This document shows, one piece after another, positions 49,480 through 60,202 of a stretch of 64,000 nucleotides of DNA; position 1 is the stretch's first letter, and every line of letters starts with the position of its first letter. Both the position numbers and the translations under genes were made by a program. A model generated the notes under the pieces. It ran no database searches. It worked only from the letters and a program-made list of their open reading frames with translations, and was not told the DNA's origin. The stretch is from Octopus sinensis (Eukaryota), in the NCBI RefSeq assembly GCF_006345805.1, contig NC_043003.1:89342001-89406000 (forward strand), read 5' to 3'.

Positions 49480-51074
49480 GGATCTTTTTGGTTTGAACAG
49501 CAGTTTGTAACATAATTTCTAGGTAACTAAAAAATTTTAAACTTTGTATGCTGGTAGAATCTCTCTATATATAAACGGCAGTTTGTCTGTCTGTGTGTCT
49601 GTCAGGTTGTATCCTCACCCTGACCACGGCTTTCAACCGATTCTGATGAAACTTGACACACACGTAGCCCAATGTCATAATTCAAAACTAACGCAGCGAA
49701 AATTTTGAAAAGTTCCCCCAGTTCTGAAAAAAAAATCGATAAATTCGACATGGGTCAAGAATCTAAGCTTTTTATATGCAACACATTTTCTACAGACTGT
49801 CTAGGGGACGCAACTCAACCTTTTTAACTCTCGGAACACGTGGGGTAAGTATCCCAAAATGTATAAAAATGTACAAAAACGGCAAACAAGCAGGCAGCAA
49901 TGTGAGTGACAACAACGAAAAAGTCAAAAGTGACCAAACTGAATAAACGAATGGAAAAGGTTTTTTGATGCACACGACAAAAGCGGTTTATAATAAACCA
50001 AGAGTTTGCAAGTAGCGTCCGAGGACCCTTAGGGTACGTCAAAAATTTAAGGTAAAACGTTTGGGGTGGTAGTTATAAAGAAAGTGTAAACAAAAAAAGT
50101 ATTCGAATAACTTGCGGCTGCAGCAGCTATTAGCAGGAGTGGCGGTGTTGGGGGTAAAGTCTCGAATGTAATTTCTTCCTGGTAGGAATTGGTTGGGTTG
50201 AATTATCGATAGCTGTTTGATAGTTATTTGGGAGTGAAGAGAAGACATTGCAACCTACACATGTGCCTTCGTTCCCTAGAGGGAAAGGACTAGATTGGGA
50301 TTAGTCGTTGCCTACTAGGAGCTCTTACATACCCGGGCAATGCTGGGCTATGCTGCTAGTGTGTTTATAAAACATCATTTTCTCTTGGTTTTATTGAGAA
50401 AATTCTATAGGTTGTAAGATATTTCGTCTTTAATTTCTTGCATTTCGATAATTTTAACCAGTCGATTACCTCCATTGACGTAAACAACATTCCATGCTGT
50501 ATGAATATGTCCCTCGTTTAAGAAACAGATTGGGTTTATTTACATTTGTGAAGAAAAAAAGATACCCTTCCCCTAACCCTAACTCTAACCCTAAATCTAA
50601 AATAGATTGAAATGCAATAGATCGATACTAGGGTTATAATTATGGGTGACAATTTCATATGACACCGCTAGGAAAAACTCCCATTTTTCCTAGCGGTGTC
50701 GTATGAAATTGTCACCCATAATTATAACCCTAGTATCGATCTATTGCATTTCAATCTATTTTAGATTTAGAGTTAGGGTTAGGGGAAGGGTATTTTTTTT
50801 CTTCACAAATGTAAATAAACCTAATCTGTTTCTTAAACGAGGGACATATTCATACAGCACGGAATGTTGTTTACGTCAATGGAGGTAATTGATTGGTTAA
50901 AATTGCCGAAATGCAAGAAATTAAAGACGAAATATCTTACAACCTATAGAATTTTCTCAATAAAGCCAAGAGAAAATGATGTTTTATAAACACATTCTAC
51001 CAGTATATGAAGTTTAAAATTTTTTAGTTACCTAGAAATTATGTTACAAACTATCGTTCGAAACGAAAAGATCC
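49480..51074. mobile_element. Foldback / palindromic element with ~400-bp arms and a 6-nt spacer; left arm split by a Helitron
   Basis: Centre GCTAGGAAAAA-CTCCCA-TTTTTCCTAGC (spacer 50678-50683). The arms pair out to GGATCTTT (49480) and AAAGATCC (51074), and contain (CCCTAA)-like units. Confidence 0.92.
49560..50359 (+). mobile_element. Non-autonomous Helitron, 800 bp
   Basis: A|TC start; 3' hairpin CCCGGGCAATGCTGGG then CTAG|T; no target-site duplication; the empty site CTGGTAGAA|TGTGTTT is present in the opposite palindrome arm. Confidence 0.9.
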
Positions 51075-52173
51075 GAAATTAATTCTTCTTTGGAGTTATG
51101 ATCCTCCATGTCTCACTTGCACAAGTCATTTTTTAGGATGGTTTTGATAGCTTGATGCCCTTCCTTACACCAACCACTTTACAGAATGTACTGAGTGCCT
51201 TTTATTGTGGCATCAGCACTGGAAAGGCTGTCTTGGTCTCTGGCAAGACTAAATGGTCTTCTCTTTGTTATCTCTGCTTGTTTACCAGTATCAGAGAATT
51301 GTTTCAACCCCAGCAAAACTAAAGATAATTTTCTTTTCCTTGCTTTGTCTTTGTATGTTCATTCCTTTCTTTCATGCACAACTGGGAAGGGGGCCAGAGT
51401 GAGAGGTTGAAAGAAGAGTAAAGTAAGAAACAATGATTGGATCAAGATGGTGGTAAAAAAGGGAGTAATAGAATAGAGAGTGAGTGATAGACAGGTAGTT
51501 GGTGAGGAGATTAAATAGAAACAACATGAACAGTGGGAAAAGAGAGAAAGAGATGGATAAGAGGGAGATTTGGTGATAGAAAGGGTATATTGCAAGTGTT
51601 TGTGTGTGTGTTTGCATATGTTTGTTTCCTTGTTTTCTCATTGTGCAATAATTGTAAACAAGCATCACTATCATCCAAGCAGTGTAGTTTGTTTTCAATC
51701 TTCCATGGAATCATGTCCAGCCATGAAGAAATGTTATCTTGCTTGGAAGCAAGTGATGGTTGGCAATAGGAAAGGTATCTAGCCATAGAAAATCTGCTTC
51801 AATAAATTCCATCAAACCCATGCAAGTATGGAAAAGTGGATGTTAAAACAACAACGATGATATATGTATATATTTAATAACAGTTTGACTAAGCTGCACA
51901 TTACTTCAAGTTTCATGGGTGTAAGACATATAAATCTCATCAGATGTTCCTGTCTTTGAACATCTGACAAGATGAATGTATTCTATGCTCATGAAACTTT
52001 AATGTAGGACTGAGTCAGACTTGTTATTCAATACATGTAACTCTAACCAAATGTGGTGAGTACTACTTTGTTTCATTTGTTCACTCACTGATAAACATAT
52101 TTGTGTATGTTTTATGCAAAGAGTAATGTTTTTTTTTTACCTAAAAATTCCATACCATTTTATTTTCTTCCAG

Positions 52174-52273
52174 TAATGAAGATGATATAACAATGAAATT
52201 AACGGAGATCATTTTTATGAATAATGTCATTCAAAAACATCGAGCCTCTGGGGCTAAAATGCAAATGATAATG
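52174..52273 (+). CDS. POLR3A: RPC1 coding exon, 100 nt
   Basis: ttcttccAG acceptor and GTaaat donor; the first T completes Thr (AC|T), then NEDDITMKLTEIIFMNNVIQKHRASGAKMQMIM; phase 2-0. Confidence 0.96.
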
Positions 52274-52560
52274 GTAAATATTTTAATTCCCTACTGTTGC
52301 TTTATAATCTGCAAAATGTCAGGAATTCATTTGAAACCAGCAGGATTTGGAGAGTATACAGACCTGTTTTGATGTATACAGGCTTCTTTTAAGGCAGATC
52401 TATTTAAGGGATGCAGGGCTATCGATTTGACAGGCACTTATTTAAGGGATACAGACGAATTTAGTTTTTTTTGTAACAGTTTTATATTTATGCTAATTTG
52501 GAGAGTTGGAAGCTGTCAGCCAATTGGAGCAATAGTTTTTATTGCTGGAGACTCTACCTA

Positions 52561-52690
52561 CAGCTAATTACTCCTCTACAGATCAGAAAATTACTCAGAT
52601 ATAAGCCAGCTAATTACTTAATTATGAAGCAGCTAATTACTCAGCTCTGGACCTGTTAACTACCCAACAATGAAACAGCTAATTACTCAG
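52561..52690. repeat. 23-bp periodic array (x6) with core CAGCTAATTACTC
   Basis: Cores at 52561, 52584, 52607, 52630, 52653 (degenerate) and 52676. Confidence 0.85.
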
Positions 52691-53609
52691 TTAAGAAGCA
52701 AATCAGCATGGATCTAGTATGTCACTTGATGTACTAGAAATAGTAGCCATATACATGGTCATAAAAATTGATGTGAGATATAATGTGTGAGGGGATAGAA
52801 CTACTGTCATAAAAAAGAAGGAAGGACACATTGAATAATATAGTCTTAGATACCCTATGCTTAAAAAGTAGACAGGATAGTTATGGATGAGGTACGTCAC
52901 ATCATAGGGCTATACAATCTGGACTGAGTTCCTTGACAAAACACCATTTATCCCCAGAATGGCAAGATCAGCCTTAATGATTTCTAGTATATGTCCTTCT
53001 ACTTCCTTCATTGAATCCTATGAGTGCTAACTTTGCCTTCTTCTCTCTGGACATGTATCGGTGTCAATTTGCTTGACCACATTCCACTCCAATAAGTTTA
53101 TGATTATATGTCATTGTGAGAAATTGATGTTTAAAATATGTCACTTTTAACCTTTCACAAAATATTGTATTTATAATATGAAGGAAAATGAAATATTGTG
53201 ATGTCATGGCTTTCCTGAAGAAGTCAGTAGTATTATTATATTTATAGACTGAAGAATTTTATGATATCAGTAGGATAGGTTAAAGACGTGGAAATGTTAT
53301 GAAGTTCATACCTGAAGATATCAGTAGCGCATAGAGTGAAGGAAATTGCAATGTTGTAATGTCTATGCCTTTACTAAATACAGTATTATTACAGGGTATT
53401 ATATTTACAAAGTGAAGACAATAGAGATGTTGGGATGTTCAGTTTACTGAAGCTATCAGTAGCACAAGTGAGAGGCTCTAGCTTCAATTGAGAATCAAAA
53501 TCCGGTGACACACATGACTTCACTCAACATCACTTACTCAGCTGGGATATATATCTGTTGACAACATGATACCACTGCAGTTATACAATACTAATATGGT
53601 ATTAATATT

Positions 53610-53840
53610 AAAGTTTATTTTTAAGGCAGTGAGCTTGTGCAACCGTTAGCACACCAGGTATAATGTTTAGCAGCATTTTGTTTGTCTTTACACTCTGAGT
53701 TCAAATTCTGCTGAGGTTGACTTTGCCTTTCATCTTTCCAAGGTTGATAAAATAAGAACCAGTTGAACACTGGGGTTGAGGAAATCAACTTAATCCCTCC
53801 CACGAAATTTCTGGCCTTGTGCTAAAATTTGAAACCAGTA
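53610..53840 (+). mobile_element. SINE of the same family as 44140-44375
   Basis: AAGGCAGTGAGCT...CTGAGTTCAAATTCTGCTGAGGTTGACTTTGCCTTTCATC...AAAATTTGAAACC. Confidence 0.85.
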
Positions 53841-54071
53841 TTAAGGTTAGTCTCTAATTTCCAGTTATATTAACTGAAACTGAGAAGAATTTAGTGTTGT
53901 CTCAGGACATGGTATAGTGTCAGGGGATTACCCAGAGTTTATGATTTAAGAGGCTAACAGGCATCAGAAATTAAAGACTTTTGTGAAGCTAGTGTAATTC
54001 CTAAATGAAAATGCCTTATATCTATGTGAAACAAAAAATATTTAGATTTACTTTTTTATATTTGTTATTAG

Positions 54072-54149
54072 GAAGATTGGGACTTTCTCCAGTTGCAGGT
54101 GGCACTATTATATAACAGTGAAACATCAGGGATTCCACTCCATATGCAA
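54072..54149 (+). CDS. POLR3A: RPC1 coding exon, 78 nt
   Basis: ttattAG acceptor and GTatgt donor; [26 protein letters not shown]; phase 0-0. Confidence 0.96.
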
Positions 54150-54434
54150 GTATGTCATCTTTGCCTTTCATTGAAAACCGAAGTATTAAATTTCTGAAGA
54201 GTAGAACATCATAGTGGGTGCTTTATATGTATTTTGTTCAGTAATTCACTGTTTGGGGTTTAAATCCAGCTAAAGTTAACTTTGACTTTCAATTCTGAGG
54301 TCAGTAAAATAAACGACAGTAAAAAAAAAAATAAAAGCAACTAAAGTGAAACTGCAATCCTTAATTATTAGGTCATTATTTTGTTTTTTTAATTTATATT
54401 TACTATCTGTAAACAATTTTATTGGCCAAGTTCT

Positions 54435-54716
54435 TAAGCTGCAGCTGTGCAGTTGAGAAGCTTGCTTCCCAGCCATGTGGTTTTTGGTTCAGACCCACTT
54501 GCACAGCACTGTGGGCAAGTGTCTCACATGTGTTGTTCATTTCTGGTCTCTCACTGAAAATGGCCGGCCATGAAGATATATTACCTTGGAAACGGGTGAG
54601 GATTGATGACAGGATCCATCCTATCATTAAACCTGGCTGTAGAAAATCTGCTTCAGCAAATTCCATCTGACCCATGCAAACATGGAAGAGTGGACACTAG
54701 AATATGATGATAATGC
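54435..54716 (+). mobile_element. tRNA-derived SINE with an RTE-like 3' tail
   Basis: tRNA-like head (GGTTCAGACCC), then GCTGTAGAAAATCTGC..CCCATGCAAACATGGAAGAGTGGAC..(GAT)n. Similar bodies at 51590-51860 and 57880-58220. Confidence 0.75.
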
Positions 54717-54756
54717 TATTTATATATCTATCTATCTATCTATCTATCTATTTATC

Positions 54757-56351
54757 GGACCTCCAAATGGAGAAGAACTGGAACGAGATAACGAGTAGGG
54801 TGGTCACTCTCGCCCAGCAATGGGCCGAGAGGAAACTGTCCCTAAAAGGTCGGGTGGAGGTGGTGAACGCGTACATCGCGTCCATCATCTACTACCGCCT
54901 GACCGTCGTACCTTGTCCCGACCCTACCATCACCAAACTAGAACGCATCCTCTTCCGCTTCTTGTGGAAAGGATGCGTCCCGATGGTCAGGCGATCCATT
55001 TGCTGTCAACACCCGTTAAAAGGAGGGCTGGGCATGCCGTGGTTGATGATGCGCAGACACGCGCTGAGACTGCGACATCTCCGGCTCTATGTAGACGACG
55101 GTGAACAGGTGTGGTCGCCGTTTGTGAGGCACGCATTCCCGCAACTCGTCTCCATGACCGAACTACAGTCGTGGATCAAAAAGAGGCCGAAGAAGGGCGA
55201 ATGGCACCGCGAGTGTCGCGTTGCTCTGAGGCAACTCTGCCGTCCCGGGTCGACCTTGAGTGACTTCAACACAACCAAAGCATTCTATAGGGGATTAGTG
55301 GAGGGGAGGTACGACGACGAGCTCGGGGCAAACCTGGGCGTCGACGAGGAATACCTGACCCGCCTGTTTCAAACGACTTTCGGCCCGGGACCTATGGACA
55401 ACTTCCAGAGATCCCTGGCCTGGCGGTGCTACCGAGAAGCGCTACCCGTTCGGGATAAGCTCTATAGGCATGGCTCGAGAAACACGGGGCTGACCTGTCC
55501 GAGATGCGGGCAGAGCGACGAAACCGCTCTGCACGCAATCGTGCAGTGTCCAACAATTTCCCACCTGTGGGCTTATGTCGAACGACTGCTGTCACGTGTG
55601 GGACGTGTCGGTTTATCAGCCGAGTCTATCGTTAATATCGTCATGCCTCCTTCCTTCAAACGGGAAGGAAGAGCTATTTTTATCATACTTGTGGCTATGG
55701 CGAAAGAATGTATCTGGTGGACGCGTCTGAAAGGATTAGAGACAAACACTTTCCTCTCTGGTCAATCTCTCATCAACTTCTTCAAGTATCACTTGAAGAA
55801 AAAAGTGAGAGTAGAGAGGCAAGTTTTGTCTAGTGAATGTTTTAAAAAAAGATGGGTGAATGTAGCAAGGATGGCACGTATGAATGACGAAGCCACCTTG
55901 ACTATGATTCTATGAACCGTAAAAATTAATACAGAGAGTTGCTTATTTGCAAAAAAAAAAAAAGAAATATAACATGTGACTTCATTGACCGAGGTTACCG
56001 TGGTCTTTTCCGTAGGCTTTTCTTTCCACGGGTAAACCTCACCTGTCCTCCCCTTTACACTTCATATTGACAATTCTGTGATAACGATCCCTATTGATCA
56101 ATTTTTTTTCCTCTCCCCCTTTTTTTTAACCCCCTCCTTTTTTGTCCTCTTTCTCTCCTTTTACGATCCCTTTTGATCGACCCCCCTTTTTTATTTTATT
56201 TTATTTGTTATTTTATTATTATTATTTTTTTTTTTAATTTATTTATTTTTTATTTATTTATTTATTTATTTATTTTTTTTAAACCTTCAAAAGAAAAGCT
56301 CTACCTTGTAATTTGTTCTATCTGTGTGCAGCCCTGTGTGGCTAATAAAGA

Positions 56352-56354
<3 letters not shown>
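54757..56354 (+). mobile_element. L1/Tx1-clade LINE, 5'-truncated, with an open C-terminal ORF2 (zf-RVT) and 3' UTR
   Basis: ORF 54704-55915: LSLKGRVEVVN, FLWKG, GGLGMP and LPVRDKL..CPRCGQSDETALHAIVQCP. CpG-rich, with a T-rich 3' UTR and AATAAA at 56344; flanked by (TCTA)n and (TA)n. Confidence 0.92.
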
Positions 56355-56393
<39 letters not shown>

Positions 56394-56716
56394 CGCCATA
56401 TAAAGACTTCTTTTCATATAACATCACAAACACCAAGTTGTTTTTTTTTAGTGAAAATGATAGCTGTAAATGGAAATGGTATGAGACATTGCTATAAGCA
56501 GAAGAGAAACTATATAACTAACTTAATGGATGGTGTCAGTTGTAAAACTCTCTTAACTGATATAACAGTGTTCTCTGCAATTCTTAGGCTTCAAAAATAA
56601 CTAAAAAATGACTCAGTCAACAATGAAGCTAAAAAGTGTGAAAAGAACTAGACAAATTGTAGTAATTTCCAATAATTTTTTTATTAATTGTTAAAATATT
56701 GTAAAATCTTTTATAG

Positions 56717-56926
<210 letters not shown>

Positions 56927-57276
56927 TAAAAAGTTGTTCCCTAAAAATGGAAGACAACGATGACTGAGAGATTAGAAGGGGTTAGGCCAACAACTGTAAG
57001 ATATAAATTTCACACCATGACCTCAGCAACACTGACACTAAACTTACAGTGTCAAGTAAATATTACCTTTACCTATTTTCAGACACACAAATGTGAATTA
57101 TCCACTTGAGTATTAGAAGACAAAGTCTTGTTAATAATTAACCTATGGGTTGTAGTTGTTGCTTTTGTTGTTTCATAAACCCCTGTCATCTCTGATAGAA
57201 CTGATTCATTTGATTGAGGGAAAACCTCCAAGTATGTTTAAATTTAGTTAACATCATATGTAATTGTATATTCTGT

Positions 57277-57496
57277 CATGTTTGCTGTGTACTCTAGATA
57301 TATTTATTGTATACTCTTGACATGTTTACTGATTACTCTAGATATGTTGGCTATATACTCTAGACATGTTTACTCTGTACTCTAAGAACATTTATTGTAT
57401 ACTCTTGCTAAATTTGCTGTGTACTATAAGGAGGTTTACTGTATGCTCTAGGCCTACTTATGTTGTACTCTAGGTAGGTTTACTGTGTACTCTACC
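57277..57496. repeat. 22-bp minisatellite (x10)
   Basis: Units such as CATGTTTGCTGTGTACTCTAGA and TATATTTATTGTATACTCTTGA in exact 22-bp register. Confidence 0.88.
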
Positions 57497-57499
57497 ATA

Positions 57500-57830
57500 T
57501 TTGTCAAGGTCATTGATGATGAGAACTTACTGTTGGCGTTCAAACTGAGGAGACTCTGGGACTGAAAATAAGATGAAGGAGGGCTCTTGTGTGTGAATTT
57601 CTGTCTGCAGACGACTGCCCTCATGTGGACTCAGAGTCTGAGATGCAGCAAGACATGAACATTTTCTCTTCTTTCTGCAATAACTTTCATCTCACTGTCA
57701 AGGATCAGTCTCCATTGACTGTTGACAAGTTTATTTACATAAGTAAAAACACACTTTCAAGAAATGTCTACATCAGCAGTGAAGTCAACAGCTGAAATAC
57801 TAGAGTCACCATTTCTTACAGTACAGTAGA
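57500..57830 (+). mobile_element. RTE/BovB-like RT fragment
   Basis: EFLSADDCPHVDSESEMQQDMNIFSSFCNNFHLTV..VDKFIY. Confidence 0.75.
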
Positions 57831-58236
57831 TTATACAAGAATGGTTTTTGGAAGTGTTTCAATCTTCAATAGAAGTTGAATGTTTACAGGGCCATTGTTC
57901 TACTAATTTTGCTATATGTCACATATACACTGTGTATATATATATATATACATGTATACATATATGTGTGTGTGCCTCGGCATGTGTGTGTGCCTCTTTG
58001 TCTTGACATTGCACAGTGAATGAATGTCACCATTATACAAGCAGTGACCTTCATTTCAAATCTTTTGTGTAAACATGTCCAGCCATAGAGAAATAGTGCC
58101 TTGCTTGGAAACAGGCAAGTGATGGTGACAGCAAGGGCATCAAGTTGTAGAAAATCTGCTTCAACAAATTCCATCTGATTCATGTGAGCAAGGAAAAGTG
58201 TACTTAAAAGTGATGATGGGGATGTATATGTGTGTG

Positions 58237-58282
<46 letters not shown>

Positions 58283-58686
58283 CAGATGGGTAATTGGTAT
58301 ATCAATACCAAACCCAAACCTGGAGCAGTTTGGGTTTTACCAGGTCTAAAAAGGTTATCTTAGACTCGCTGAATATCACAACAGCAATTATAACATCACA
58401 ATTATAACTTCATAAAAGAACTGCAAGGCCAAGGCAATATATATGTCCTGGTTCCAGTAATTAGATTGTAACCATGCTCAGGGGCTGTCATCAAAACTTT
58501 TTGTCAATCTATCAACATCACTAATTATTCCAGTTCAATAGTTATGGTATTTATTTCTTAAATGACAAAATTTTACCTTTTGGTATTAAAAGTATACATC
58601 ATTTTACATTGGTATACACAAAAACAGACATTCATTCACTCATACACATTTATCTGTGCATGTTTGCCTGCCTGTCTGTCTGTCTA

Positions 58687-60187
58687 TCCCTGAGCCCTTA
58701 TCTGGTGGTCAATGTGGAAACTAGGGATAGACAAGTAGTCAGTGAGAGCTGTACAAGCCATGTACAGGGACAATGTCAGTAAGGTGAGGGTTGGCAATAA
58801 GTATAGTGAAGAATTCCGGATAGGAGTAGGGGTCCACCAAGGATCAGTCCTCAGCCCCCTCTTATTCATCATAGTCCTCCAGGCAATAACAGAGGAATTC
58901 AAGTCAGGCTGCCCCTGGGAGCTCTTCTATGCTGATGACCTTGCTCTTGCAACTGAATCACTATGAGAACTAGAGAAGTTTCAGGTCTGGAAGCAAGGAT
59001 TAGAATCAAAGGGCTTTAGAGTTAACCTAGCAAGAACCAAAGTCTTAGTAAGGAGGAAAGCAGACAAATCACAAATTCCTTTAGGTAGATGACCCTGCTT
59101 GATCTGTAGAAAAGGCTTAGGTAGAAACTCCATAAGATGTACCCAGTGTAAGCTATGGACACATAAGAGGTGCAGGAATATCAGAGGATGGTTAACAGGT
59201 TAATAGTTTTTGTGTGTAGAAGGTGCACAGGTACAATTAACATCAAAAATGTGCAGAAAATAGATTCCATCATGTGCCAGTGGGGAAAAACTACAAGTAG
59301 TCAATAGCTTCTGTTCCCTAGGTGACCAGGTCAGTAGTAGGAGTGGATGCTCTGAGAACAGCTGCTAGAATACAAATAGGCTGGGCAAAGTTCAGAGAGC
59401 TCCTACATCTGTTGGTAACAAAGGGCCACTTGCTCAGAGTGAAAGGCAGACTGATGCACAGGCTTGAAAGAAATGAAGCTAGTATGTGTAGTGTCAGTGT
59501 GCATGCACAACAGAGTGTAAGTGTTCTGAGAAAAAAGCTGGACATAAGAGTCATCAAATGTGGTGTGCAAGAGAGATGACTATGCTGGTATGGTCATGTG
59601 ATACATATGGATGAGGACAGCTGTGTGAAGAAGTGTTGTACTCTAAGGGTGGAGGGAACCTGTAGACCCAGGAAGATATGGGATGAGGTGGGGAAGTGTG
59701 ATCTGAATGTTGGATCTCATGGAAGCAATGAAAAGTGACCGAGATCTTTGGCGATATGCTATGCTTGAGAAGACCCATCAAGCTGAGATCGTAGTCATAG
59801 CCGATGCCAGTGTTGTGTAACTGGCCTGTTAAAAGCACCTTTCAAATGTTGGGTGATATACTGTACTTGTGAAGACCTGTTGAGCCAAGTGAAACTGTAG
59901 TTGTAACCAATGCCAGTCCCGTGTGTGGCATCTGTGCTGGTGGCACGTAAAAAGCACTGTTTGAGCATCAGGCCTCATGGAGGCAGTGACAGGTGACCAA
60001 GAGCTTTGGCGATATACTGTGCTGTGTAGATCTGTCAAGCCAAATGCGACTGTAGTCATGGCATCCAGTCAAAGAAATCTTGCCAAATCAGATTGGAACT
60101 TAGTGCAGCTCCCTGGCTTACTAGTTTTCAGTCAAACCGTCCAACCCATGCCAGCATGGAAAATGGACATGAAACGATGATGATGAT
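58687..60187 (+). mobile_element. RTE LINE 3' portion, degenerate
   Basis: [31 protein letters not shown]; (GAT)n tail. Confidence 0.92.
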
Positions 60188-60202
60188 TGTATATATATAT
60201 AT

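Noticed and set aside
50572-50790. (CCCTAA)/(TTAGGG) units as an interstitial telomere or fusion site
   Set aside because: Only 3-4 imperfect units, symmetrically embedded in the arms of a foldback element.
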